Below are positions 37,801 to 49,488 of a stretch of DNA of 64,000 bases, piece after piece; position 1 is the first letter of the stretch; every line of letters begins with the position of its first letter. Location of the stretch: the NCBI GenBank assembly GCA_947170725.1, contig CAMVUM010000008.1, positions 7,466 to 71,465 on the forward strand, in the 5' to 3' direction. The position numbers were made by a program, and so were the translations under genes. Source of the DNA: an uncultured Prevotella sp. (GTDB taxonomy: Bacteria; Bacteroidota; Bacteroidia; Bacteroidales; Bacteroidaceae). The notes beneath the pieces were generated by a model. The model was not told the DNA's origin. It searched no databases and saw only the letters and a list, made by a program, of their open reading frames with translations.

Positions 37801-38715
37801 GTGGAACCGTTCAGAATACATATATTGGGGTGCGGCAGCGCTTTGCCGACGCTCCGTCATTATGCCTCGTCACAGGTTGTGGAAATACGTGAGAAGATGT
37901 TCATGATTGATTGTGGTGAGGGGACGCAGATGCAGCTGCGCCGTTCCCGCTTGCACTTCATGAGGATAGGACATGTGTTCATCTCCCATATTCATGGCGA
38001 TCACTGTTTCGGACTGATAGGGATGATTTCGACTTTCGGCATGCTGGGGCGCACGGCGCCACTTCATGTCTATGCGGATAATGCGTTGGGCGATATGCTC
38101 CGGTCGCAGCTGGACATGTTCTGTCAGGGGCTTGAATTCGAGGTTGTCTTCCATCCGATAGACACTGAGGTTGTCAGTGTTATATATGAGGACCGTAGTC
38201 TGACCGTCACGACCATACCGCTGTCTCACCGTGTGCCTTGTTGCGGTTTTCTGTTCCGTGAGAAACCGATTCCGCCGCATATCCGCCGCGATATGATTGA
38301 TATGTATGGGATACCCGTCAGCCAGATCAATAACATCAAGAGCGGGCAGGACTGGATTACTCCCGACGGCGACGTCATTCCAAACAGCCGGTTGACGGTT
38401 CCGTCGGCTGAGGCGCGGAGTTACGCCTATTGCAGTGATACGCGCTACGTTCCGAAGCTATATGAACTTGTCAAAGGAGTGTCCGTGCTTTATCATGAGA
38501 GCACATACGGCTCTGACAATGCCGAACGCGCCCGCAAATATTGGCATTCGACAGCCTCAGAGGCGGCTCGTGTAGCTCATGATGCAGGTGTCGGTAAACT
38601 TATTCTCGGTCACTATTCTGCGCGCTACGATAACGAAGAAACATTGCTCGAAGAGGCCCGCAGGATATTTCCGGATACCGTTCTTGCGGAGGAAATGGCC
38701 GTTATAAACGTGTAA
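37801..38715 (+). CDS. rnz: Ribonuclease Z
   Basis: ILGCGSALPT N-terminus, HIHGDHCFG (HxHxDH) and C-terminal GHYSARY. GTG start. Confidence 0.9.
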   Translation: MEPFRIHILGCGSALPTLRHYASSQVVEIREKMFMIDCGEGTQMQLRRSRLHFMRIGHVFISHIHGDHCFGLIGMISTFGMLGRTAPLHVYADNALGDMLRSQLDMFCQGLEFEVVFHPIDTEVVSVIYEDRSLTVTTIPLSHRVPCCGFLFREKPIPPHIRRDMIDMYGIPVSQINNIKSGQDWITPDGDVIPNSRLTVPSAEARSYAYCSDTRYVPKLYELVKGVSVLYHESTYGSDNAERARKYWHSTASEAARVAHDAGVGKLILGHYSARYDNEETLLEEARRIFPDTVLAEEMAVINV

Positions 38716-38772
38716 AAGACATTATTATTGTATTTTTCCAAAGGAAAACTTTGTCATTTCGCAATTAAACCG

Positions 38773-38780
38773 TATATTTG
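38773..38780 (+). promoter_or_regulatory. -7 promoter box (TATATTTG)
   Basis: Exact TAnnTTTG, 22 nt upstream of the ATG at 38802. Confidence 0.4.
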
Positions 38781-38801
38781 CAGGAACAAAAAGAATATTA
38801 T

Positions 38802-39116
38802 ATGGCTAAAAATCTACTCATATCAGCGATTCTCCTCGCATTTACCTTGTTTCCCGTTTCATCCGCAACAGCGGCTGGGATGGAGATGACGGCAATGGAA
38901 CAGATTGATGAGCCCAACATAAACATAACGGTGAATCAGTCTACCCTGCATGTCACAGGAGCCGCAGGTATGGTCCTTGAAGTTGTTTCACTGACAGGAA
39001 AGCCCGTTGCTTCTGTCAAGATAGAGAGTCCGGCTCAACGTGTTGAACTTAATATACCACGAGGTTGTTATATTCTGAAGATCGGCAAGGTCGTAAGAAA
39101 GGTTTCTATCCGCTGA
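38802..39116 (+). CDS. Mini secreted protein consisting essentially of a T9SS C-terminal sorting domain
   Basis: Signal peptide MAKNLLISAILLAFTLFPVSSATAA, then about 78 aa ending GCYILKIGKVVRKVSIR (type-A CTD-like terminal strands). Confidence 0.6.
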   Translation: MAKNLLISAILLAFTLFPVSSATAAGMEMTAMEQIDEPNINITVNQSTLHVTGAAGMVLEVVSLTGKPVASVKIESPAQRVELNIPRGCYILKIGKVVRKVSIR

Positions 39117-40657
39117 TATTTGCTGGATTGTTGTCGCTGACGCTGTTTGCCGGATGCGATGACAATTCTTCGGATTCACGTATAAGCAGTATGACGGTGG
39201 AGGCGTTCTCTGATTTGAGAACGGCTGCATACGTTTTGGATGCCGGTAAGATAAGAGATAATATAGAGGCGCTTTGTAGGGCTGATGGTGACAGAACGCT
39301 GTCCGGACGGTATCTCCGCAAATATTATCTCACGGACAAAGGACGTTTTATTTGGATTGACAGGTTGGGGACGGACGGCCGTTCCGACACGCTGTTGGCG
39401 TATGTCTCACGGGTCGGTGAGATGGGATTTGCGTCGTCGGTGTTCGGTGACAGCGCTATTGCGGCCGACCTCAGGCGTATCCGTAGTCTTGATTTTGACA
39501 ACGCGGAGAATTGTATCAATAAGGTTGCGTCACGTCTTGAATACCGTTTGACCAAGGCTTTCCTGAAATACTCATCCGGCCAGCGGTTCGGATTTGTCAA
39601 TCCCCAGTATCTGCTGAACCGTCTCGACGTTCTCGAAGACTCTCCGTCGACGACTCCGGCTTACCGCCGTCTTTTCGATGTACCAATTGAACGCCCCGAC
39701 AATTCTTTCTTTTCTGACGCCTTGCGTAGGGTTTCCGCAGACTCTGTCGGTTCTTTCCTTGCCGAAGTTCAGCCTCGTGACACGCTCTATTACAAGTTTC
39801 AGCGTGAACTGAAGGCGTCTGGAGATAAGGCTTACCGTAAGAAGATAATATGCAACATGGAGCGTTGCCGCTGGCGGGAGAAAGACCGACAGGACGGTAA
39901 TGGCAAGCGTGTTGTCGTGAACATACCCGCGTATCATCTGTACTCATTTGACGGTGACAGTGTTCTTGACATGAAAGTTGGCTGCGGAACGCGTAAGACG
40001 AAGACGCCATTGCTGACGAGTGAGATAGAACGGATGGAAGTCAATCCGGTGTGGAATATTCCGGTGAGCATCATCCGTAATGAAGTGTCGCTGCATGCCG
40101 GTGACCCAGACTATTTCGAGCGCAACCGCTATTATATCGTACATCGTGAGTCCGGCGAGCATATATCTCCTGAGGACGTAACGCCTGAAATGCTCAAGAG
40201 CGGCAAATACCGTGTGGCTCAGGAGGGTGGGGCAGGCAATTCGCTTGGTCGCATAGTCTTCCGGTTTGCCAACAACTTTTCCGTATTCCTTCATGACACT
40301 TCGTCGAGAGCTTTCTTTGGCCGCAACAATCGTGGTGTCTCCCATGGTTGTGTCCGTGTGGAGCGTCCGTTTGATTTGGCGCAATTCCTTCTTGGCGACC
40401 CTGACGAGTGGCTTCTTGACCGTCTGCGCATATCCATGGATATACCTCCGCAGACCTTGCGGGGGCGGAAATATGTTGCCAATGAGGACAACAACCGCAA
40501 GCTGGTCAACTCGTTGCAGGTCAAGCCACATGTCCCTTTGTCAATAACTTACTATACGATATATCCGGACCCGCTGACAGGGCGACTTGCCGGCTATCCC
40601 GACGTGTATGGTTATGATGATGTCATATATGATGATGTTAAACCTTTCTTGGAATAA
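39065..40657 (+). CDS. L,D-transpeptidase family lipoprotein (YkuD domain)
   Basis: Catalytic motif FLHDTSSRAFFGRNNRGVSHGCVRV. Lipobox LFAGC. The only in-frame start codon (ATG 39065) overlaps the upstream gene by 52 nt. Confidence 0.85.
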   Translation: MLYSEDRQGRKKGFYPLIFAGLLSLTLFAGCDDNSSDSRISSMTVEAFSDLRTAAYVLDAGKIRDNIEALCRADGDRTLSGRYLRKYYLTDKGRFIWIDRLGTDGRSDTLLAYVSRVGEMGFASSVFGDSAIAADLRRIRSLDFDNAENCINKVASRLEYRLTKAFLKYSSGQRFGFVNPQYLLNRLDVLEDSPSTTPAYRRLFDVPIERPDNSFFSDALRRVSADSVGSFLAEVQPRDTLYYKFQRELKASGDKAYRKKIICNMERCRWREKDRQDGNGKRVVVNIPAYHLYSFDGDSVLDMKVGCGTRKTKTPLLTSEIERMEVNPVWNIPVSIIRNEVSLHAGDPDYFERNRYYIVHRESGEHISPEDVTPEMLKSGKYRVAQEGGAGNSLGRIVFRFANNFSVFLHDTSSRAFFGRNNRGVSHGCVRVERPFDLAQFLLGDPDEWLLDRLRISMDIPPQTLRGRKYVANEDNNRKLVNSLQVKPHVPLSITYYTIYPDPLTGRLAGYPDVYGYDDVIYDDVKPFLE

Positions 40658-40672
40658 ACAGTCACAATAAGA

Positions 40673-41224
40673 GTGGAACAGTATGACGAAAAGAAGATAG
40701 CAGCCCAACTGCTTTGCACGGAGACCAGACACAAGGCCTTCGAGGCGGTTGTACGTCAATATAGCGAACAGTTGTATTGGCAGATCCGCCGTATCGTTCT
40801 GACTCATGAAGACTCCAATGATGTCCTTCAGAATGTTTTCATAAAGGCGTGGAGCCATCTCGACTCGTTCCGCAATGATTCCAAACTTTCCACGTGGTTA
40901 TACCGCATTGCAATCAATGAGAGCCTCGATTTCATGCGCCGCAGTAAGAACCTGTCTTCCGTAAGCGCCGATGCCGAGGATTCCGGCGTGGCCCAGATGC
41001 TGTTGGCTGATGAGTATTTCGACGGCAATGAGACCGAGGCAATGCTGCAAGAAGCCATTTCCAGACTGCCAGATGTTCAGCGCACGGTGTTCAATCTGCG
41101 GTATTTTGACGATATGAAATACAGTGAGATGAGCAAGATACTGAAGACATCGGAAGGCGCGCTGAAGGCTTCATACCATATCGCAGTGAAAAAAATATCA
41201 GAATATTTTAAGTCACACGATTAA
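40673..41224 (+). CDS. ECF-type RNA polymerase sigma-70 factor
   Basis: Region 2 (DVLQNVFIKAW, WLYRIAINESLDFMR) and region 4 (RTVFNLRYFDDMKYSEMSKIL). GTG start. Confidence 0.88.
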   Translation: MEQYDEKKIAAQLLCTETRHKAFEAVVRQYSEQLYWQIRRIVLTHEDSNDVLQNVFIKAWSHLDSFRNDSKLSTWLYRIAINESLDFMRRSKNLSSVSADAEDSGVAQMLLADEYFDGNETEAMLQEAISRLPDVQRTVFNLRYFDDMKYSEMSKILKTSEGALKASYHIAVKKISEYFKSHD

Positions 41225-41266
41225 ACTTTCTTTAATTTCAGGCGTCAGATAAGCAAAAGAACAAAT

Positions 41267-41644
41267 ATGAAGAACGAAGAAGGATATATCAGGAGTAAGG
41301 CCGGTGGGCGGACGCCGTTCCGTGTGCCGGATGGATATTTCGACAGCTTCACATCTATGATGATGGACAAACTGCCGTCTCAGGAAGAAGCAAAAGTCGT
41401 TCCTATGCGTCGTCGGCGTATGACGATATCAAGGACAATCGTCTCTGCGGCCGCTTGTTTCTGTGTCGCTGTGTTCGGATTGACGTTATATTATGGTAAG
41501 TCATTATTCGAAAAACAACCTCAAGCCAGTGAGACGATAGTGTCAAACTACCACAATACGACTGCAGAAACATACGAAGATGAGGTTGTTGACTATGCTA
41601 TGATGGACAATATGGACATCTACGCCTATCTTGCAAGTGAATAA
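41267..41644 (+). CDS. Putative anti-sigma factor (single-pass membrane protein)
   Basis: Immediately downstream of the ECF sigma gene. FRVPDGYFDSF motif common in Bacteroidetes anti-sigma partners. One TM helix (IVSAAACFCVAVFGLTLYY). Confidence 0.6.
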   Translation: MKNEEGYIRSKAGGRTPFRVPDGYFDSFTSMMMDKLPSQEEAKVVPMRRRRMTISRTIVSAAACFCVAVFGLTLYYGKSLFEKQPQASETIVSNYHNTTAETYEDEVVDYAMMDNMDIYAYLASE

Positions 41645-41665
41645 AGAGATAATGGGAGGGAAAAT

Positions 41666-42112
41666 ATGAGGAAATTTTCAATGGTTCTCTTGTGTCTGTT
41701 CGCGATTGTTACGCTGAAGGCACAGGATTCCGGCAAAAAGTTCTCGCCGGAGAAGTTTAAGGAGGATATGGAGTGTTTTATCACAAAAGACGCCTGTCTG
41801 ACACAAAAGGAAGCGGCAAAATTCTTTCCGCTTTACAATGAAATGAAACAGAAGTCGCGCGTGATATTTGACCGTATGCGGAAGTTGGGCAAGAACAAAC
41901 CGGCTGACGAATCCGGATGCCGCGACGTGATAAGGAAACGTGACAAACTGGATCTCGAACTGAAGAAGATACAGCAGACTTATCATGAGAAATTTCTCAC
42001 GGTGATTCCGGCAAGCAAACTATTTGACGTTATAAAGGCAGAGGAGAAGTTTCACCGCCGCATGCTGAAGAAGGCAAACGGTAACAACACGAATCAGAAA
42101 AAGAAAAAATGA
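41666..42112 (+). CDS. Periplasmic helical protein of unknown function (third gene of the ECF module)
   Basis: Signal peptide MRKFSMVLLCLFAIVTLKAQ. Lys/Glu-rich helical sequence. Confidence 0.6.
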   Translation: MRKFSMVLLCLFAIVTLKAQDSGKKFSPEKFKEDMECFITKDACLTQKEAAKFFPLYNEMKQKSRVIFDRMRKLGKNKPADESGCRDVIRKRDKLDLELKKIQQTYHEKFLTVIPASKLFDVIKAEEKFHRRMLKKANGNNTNQKKKK

Positions 42113-42192
42113 TTCTATGGCATGGTGTGCAGGAGCGTTTCTTGCTATTGTAGGAACCACCGGTCGCAACGCTTTGGAATAATGAAATAAAC

Positions 42193-42242
42193 AAAAACAC
42201 TCAAGTCGGAAAACCTGTGCGGATTCTGCTTGAGTGTTTTTT
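42193..42242. terminator. Bidirectional terminator between convergent genes
   Basis: AAAAACACTCAAG / CTTGAGTGTTTTT stem with A- and T-runs on both sides. Confidence 0.75.
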
Positions 42243-42266
42243 ATTTGTAAATCTCGTTCATTAGAA

Positions 42267-42914
42267 TTATAATTTAGAATTCTCCAGTTTCTTAGGACAA
42301 ATTTGTTCCAGGCCGCATCTTTCGCAATGTGGTTTCCGCGATGTGCATACGTATCTTCCGTGGAGCAGTAGCCAGTGGTGGGCTCTCGGAATGTCGGCTT
42401 CCGGAATGTGTTTCAGGAGTTCCTGTTCTACTTTCAGGGGGGTGTCGGCTTTTGCCGGGACCAGTCCAAGGCGACGGCTGACGCGGAACACATGCGTGTC
42501 AACGGCCATCGTTGACTTTCCGAAAGCGACCGACTGTATGACGTTGGCTGTTTTTCGTCCAACGCCGGGCAGATCCAGAAGATCGTTCATGTCCGACGGA
42601 ACTTCACCGCCGTGTCTTATCGTCAGCACCTGTGCCATGGCAACCAGATGTTTTGCCTTGGCGTTGGGATAAGAAACGCTTTTGATATATTCCAGCACAT
42701 CGTCGACGTCGGCATCGGCCATATCCTTTGGTGTAGGATAGCGGCGGAACAGTTCTGGAGTTACCTGATTGATGCGCTTGTCCGTACATTGTGCGCTGAG
42801 CACGACGGCGACAAGCAACTGGAAAATGCTTCCGAATTCCAGTTCTGTGTTTACTTCCGGCATTTCACGTCTGAAGTATTCCAATATATGGTTGTATCTC
42901 TCTTCCTTTTTCAT
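42267..42914 (-). CDS. nth: Endonuclease III
   Basis: HhH-GPD motif LPGVGRKTANV. C-terminal 4Fe-4S cluster CTSRKPHCERCGLEQIC. Confidence 0.93.
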   Translation of the reverse strand: MKKEERYNHILEYFRREMPEVNTELEFGSIFQLLVAVVLSAQCTDKRINQVTPELFRRYPTPKDMADADVDDVLEYIKSVSYPNAKAKHLVAMAQVLTIRHGGEVPSDMNDLLDLPGVGRKTANVIQSVAFGKSTMAVDTHVFRVSRRLGLVPAKADTPLKVEQELLKHIPEADIPRAHHWLLLHGRYVCTSRKPHCERCGLEQICPKKLENSKL

Positions 42915-42940
42915 CTTTCAGCATGATTTTTCTTGAAGTG

Positions 42941-42948
42941 GCAAAATT
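42941..42948 (-). promoter_or_regulatory. -7 promoter box (TAATTTTG) for nth
   Basis: Exact TAnnTTTG on the minus strand, 27 nt upstream of the nth ATG. Confidence 0.45.
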
Positions 42949-43097
42949 AAGGAAAAACGATTGAAAAAACGAATAAAGATGGACAAATGATTTTCTATAG
43001 CTGTATTCCATATAATCAGTGGAGATTTTACATTGCTATGACATAATCTGATTTTCTTTATTATGCGTATGTAGGAAACAATTTCAGAACTTTTCCG

Positions 43098-43105
43098 TAT
43101 ATTTG
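43098..43105 (+). promoter_or_regulatory. -7 promoter box (TATATTTG)
   Basis: Exact TAnnTTTG, 25 nt upstream of the ATG at 43130. Confidence 0.4.
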
Positions 43106-43129
43106 CACAATAATAAAATTATATAACGT

Positions 43130-43828
43130 ATGGATTCAGACAGAATATTGAAGTTTTTGCGAGAACTGATGGCGAACAACAACCGTCAGTGGTTTCTTGA
43201 ACATAAGGCGGAGTATCAGGCCGTGAGGGAAATTTTTGAGCAGGGCGTAGCCGAGGCCATCGCACGCATCGCTACGTTTGACGCCTCCGTGGCCCATCTG
43301 ACGGTGAAAGACTGTACGTATCGCTTTAACCGTGACACACGTTTCTCCAACGACAAGTCACCATATAAGAATCATTTCGGGGCATATATCGCCGCACATG
43401 GAAAGAAGTCGTTGCACGGAGGCTACTATATCCATCTCGAACCGGGCCACTGTCTTGTGGCCTGCGGTGACTATTGGTTGCCGACGAATATTCTCACGGC
43501 GTGCCGCAACGAGATAATGGGCAACATTGACGAATGGCTGAGGTGTGTTGAGAACGAGGACTTCCTTCGCTATTACGGTGCTGACGAGTGTGCCGGATGG
43601 AATGACCGGCAGGGTTTCGGACTGGAGAAGCTGAAGACATGTCCGTCCGGTTTCCCGCGTGACTATGAGTACATTCGCTATCTTCGCATGAAAGACTATT
43701 GCTGCTGGCATCAGGTGGATGACGGTTTCTTCAATGGCGATGGATGGCTTGAGCAGATGGAGCATATGTTCAGGGCCGGAAAGCCGATGCTTGATTTCAC
43801 GAACTCCGTGATTGATGATTATGAATAA
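43130..43828 (+). CDS. DUF2461 (TIGR02453) family protein
   Basis: L..L..NN.R.WF...K..Y N-terminus and the RFNRDTRFSNDKSPYK motif, both characteristic of the family. Confidence 0.85.
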   Translation: MDSDRILKFLRELMANNNRQWFLEHKAEYQAVREIFEQGVAEAIARIATFDASVAHLTVKDCTYRFNRDTRFSNDKSPYKNHFGAYIAAHGKKSLHGGYYIHLEPGHCLVACGDYWLPTNILTACRNEIMGNIDEWLRCVENEDFLRYYGADECAGWNDRQGFGLEKLKTCPSGFPRDYEYIRYLRMKDYCCWHQVDDGFFNGDGWLEQMEHMFRAGKPMLDFTNSVIDDYE

Positions 43829-43919
43829 GTGAGCGGGCATTGGAATTGGTCGTGGAAAAATGTCTCAACCATTCAAAGCCGTCATCCGGCAACCGATTAT
43901 TACTCTATAAAAACCTTAG

Positions 43920-47141
<3,222 letters not shown>

Positions 47142-47203
47142 ATACTGTTGGTGGAACCAATGAATGTTGATGGAATAATGAACAGAAATCCGTTGATGAA
47201 GCA

Positions 47204-48361
47204 ATGAATAGAAAAATATTTTGTGTGTTGCTCTTGTCCGCCTGGACATCAGTTTCTTTCTCACAGACAGACATCGCCGGCGGTGCATCGGCGGTGTCTG
47301 TGTCTTTTCCGCAGTCAGAAACAACCGCGCTTTCTTCTTCTGATGCTACCTCTCGGTCAGATTCTCCCAGGCGTCTTTCCTTCACGGTCAATCCGCAGCA
47401 ACGTTTTCATAAGTCGATTCCCTCGGGAAACTACAGCGGCATTACCTATCTCGGCGGCAACCGCTATGCGCTTGTGAGCGACAAGGCGGCTGAAGATGGC
47501 TTCTATGTCTTTCGCATCGACCTTGATTCCGTTTCAGGAAAGATAACGAATATAGTTAACGAGGGTTACCGGTCGGCCGGTATGCCCAACCGCGACATGG
47601 AGGGAATAGTGTGGTTCCCATTAACGGGCACGGTTTTCGTGAGTGGAGAGAAAGACAATGCCGTATATGAATATTCCCTTGACGGCCGGCGCACTGGTCG
47701 GCGGCTGGAAATGCCGTCCGTTTTTACTTCCGCTACAAGTAATTATGGCTTGGAGTCGCTCACGTATAATGCCGTGACCCACCGCTTTTGGACAACAACC
47801 GAGAGCACCTTGCCCGCTGACGGGCCGCAGGCTGGCCCCTTCAAGCCGGTGCGCAACCGCCTGCGTCTTCAAAGTTTTGACGACCGTCTGCATCCAACGG
47901 AACAGTATATCTACGAAATGGATGAGCCTGCCTTACGCAAGCTGGCGCGCCATTATGCAATTGGAGTAAGTGAATTGTGTGCTCTCGACGATGGCCGTCT
48001 GCTCGTGCTTGAACGCGAGTTCTTTTCTTCCTCATCAGCCGTCATTCCATACGCCAATGTTTCCTGCAAGCTGTATATGGTCAATCCGTCGGCAGTGCAG
48101 CAGCCGGGGCAGCTATACGTGCAGCAGCCTCTCTCGGGACATATGTCCGCGCAGCAGTCGGTTCAAGTGCTCGAAAAGGAGCTTGTGGCCGAGTTCCGCA
48201 CAAAGTTGAACCTTTTCCGCCAGAACCTTGCAAACTACGAAGGTATGTGTCTCGGTCCGAAACTCGCCGACGGGAGCCGCGTGCTGATTATGGTCTGTGA
48301 TTCGCAGAACCGTTATAAAGGTATTCTGCGCGATTGGTTCAGGACGGTTGTCATGAGATGA
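47204..48361 (+). CDS. Secreted beta-propeller-like protein (esterase-like activity of phytase family, tentative)
   Basis: Signal peptide. Repeated blade-like segments (SGITYLGGNRYALVSDK, DMEGIVW, YGLESLTY, LLVLEREF, YEGMCLG). Family assignment is from memory. Confidence 0.65.
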   Translation: MNRKIFCVLLLSAWTSVSFSQTDIAGGASAVSVSFPQSETTALSSSDATSRSDSPRRLSFTVNPQQRFHKSIPSGNYSGITYLGGNRYALVSDKAAEDGFYVFRIDLDSVSGKITNIVNEGYRSAGMPNRDMEGIVWFPLTGTVFVSGEKDNAVYEYSLDGRRTGRRLEMPSVFTSATSNYGLESLTYNAVTHRFWTTTESTLPADGPQAGPFKPVRNRLRLQSFDDRLHPTEQYIYEMDEPALRKLARHYAIGVSELCALDDGRLLVLEREFFSSSSAVIPYANVSCKLYMVNPSAVQQPGQLYVQQPLSGHMSAQQSVQVLEKELVAEFRTKLNLFRQNLANYEGMCLGPKLADGSRVLIMVCDSQNRYKGILRDWFRTVVMR

Positions 48362-48367
48362 TGCATG

Positions 48368-48401
48368 AAAAAAGGCTTCAGAAAACTCTGAAGCCTTTTT
48401 T
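48368..48401. terminator. Bidirectional terminator
   Basis: AAAAAGGCTTCAG / CTGAAGCCTTTTT perfect stem. Confidence 0.75.
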
Positions 48402-48410
48402 CGTGGTTTG

Positions 48411-48482
48411 TAGTCGATAGGGGAATCGAACCCCTATGCCAAGATTGAGAATCTTGTATCCTAACCATTAGATGAATCGACC
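48411..48482 (-). tRNA. tRNA-Glu (anticodon CUC)
   Basis: Manual fold: acceptor GGTCGAT/ATCGACT, 3-bp D stem, anticodon stem CAAGA/TCTTG with loop TTCTCAA, T arm AGGGG-TTCGATT-CCCCT. No encoded CCA. Confidence 0.85.
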
Positions 48483-48496
48483 ATTGCTTGAAAGTG

Positions 48497-48583
48497 CGGA
48501 AGCTGGGGGATTCGAACCCCCGGTACGGTAACCCGTACGGCAGTTTAGCAAACTGCTGGTTTCAGCCACTCACCCAAACTTCC
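48497..48583 (-). tRNA. tRNA-Ser (anticodon GCU), class II with long variable arm
   Basis: Manual fold: acceptor GGAAGTT/AGCTTCC, anticodon stem GCAGT/ACTGC with loop TTGCTAA, variable arm CGTACGGGTTACCGTACC, T arm GGGGG-TTCGAAT-CCCCC. Confidence 0.9.
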
Positions 48584-48631
48584 TTTTACGCTCTTTTTAA
48601 GAACCGTAAGCACTTTCTCTCAAATGCGATG

Positions 48632-48639
48632 CAAAGGTA
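48632..48639 (-). promoter_or_regulatory. -7 promoter box (TACCTTTG) for the tRNA-Ser/tRNA-Glu pair
   Basis: Exact TAnnTTTG on the minus strand, 49 nt upstream of the tRNA-Ser 5' end. Confidence 0.45.
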
Positions 48640-49119
48640 ATGCTTTTATTTGATTCCTGCAAATTTTACGCGCATTTTTTTAGAAAAAGTGTTTAATACC
48701 CCGGATTTTGAGGTGTATGAAATAAAAAACGTAATGGAAACCTTACTAATAATGGTGTGAAAATTGTATTGAGGCGAAATTGAAAAACGTAGATATGGAA
48801 TGCTTTTCTCCTATATAGAAAAAAACTTTTTCGTCCGTCGAAATAATATTTCCGTGCGTCAAAAAGATTTTGGCATATAGGAACATCTTCGGCGTGTAGC
48901 AGAGAATCATGTAACTTGTAGTATGAATAACTGTGGAGGAGGTATTATGTGGTTCGTTCTTTTGTATGTCCGGAAATGGAATCTCCCATATATAATAATG
49001 TGTGTGGTGCGACAGGATAAATATGTTGGAGCAAAACAAAATCCCTTCTGCTTTTGTCCGGACATTGTCGCGGAGTGAGAGCGGAAGGGATTGGTTGGCG
49101 TTTGATGTCGGGCGGAGGT

Positions 49120-49488
49120 TTAATTGACCTTTACGGCAATTACTTCCGTTATGTCCCGGTTCAGGTAGTACGTGTCAGAACATTCGGTCGTATCTATCTT
49201 ATACTGTACGCGCAGTATTTTCAGCGGTTTTTCCTGCTTCTTGTTCGAATAGCGGATACCGTCGCGATAGCGGCCGGATTGTCCGGCCAATGACCTTATG
49301 ACGTTTATGATAGAGTCGTTGAGACGTGCCGTAGAGTCCAATTTCGCGAAATCTACGTTTGTCAGCGCGGTCGGGCTCTTTAGGTTTTCGTTCATGAAAT
49401 CCTCTACAAGAACTTCGGCGTCATGCTGCTGTCCGCAGGCGGAGAACATCACCACGGCGCAGAATAGTGGATAGAAAATCCGTCTCAT
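49120..49488 (-). CDS. Lipoprotein of unknown function
   Basis: Lipobox MFSACG. ATGA overlap with the pepD stop indicates co-translation with pepD. Confidence 0.65.
   Translation of the reverse strand: MRRIFYPLFCAVVMFSACGQQHDAEVLVEDFMNENLKSPTALTNVDFAKLDSTARLNDSIINVIRSLAGQSGRYRDGIRYSNKKQEKPLKILRVQYKIDTTECSDTYYLNRDITEVIAVKVN

Noticed and set aside
48947-49078. 43-aa ORF preceded by GGAGGAGG
   Set aside because: Bacteroidota generally do not rely on Shine-Dalgarno pairing, so the purine run is weak evidence. The ORF overlaps the putative terminator of the neighbouring lipoprotein gene, and the peptide has no recognisable features.
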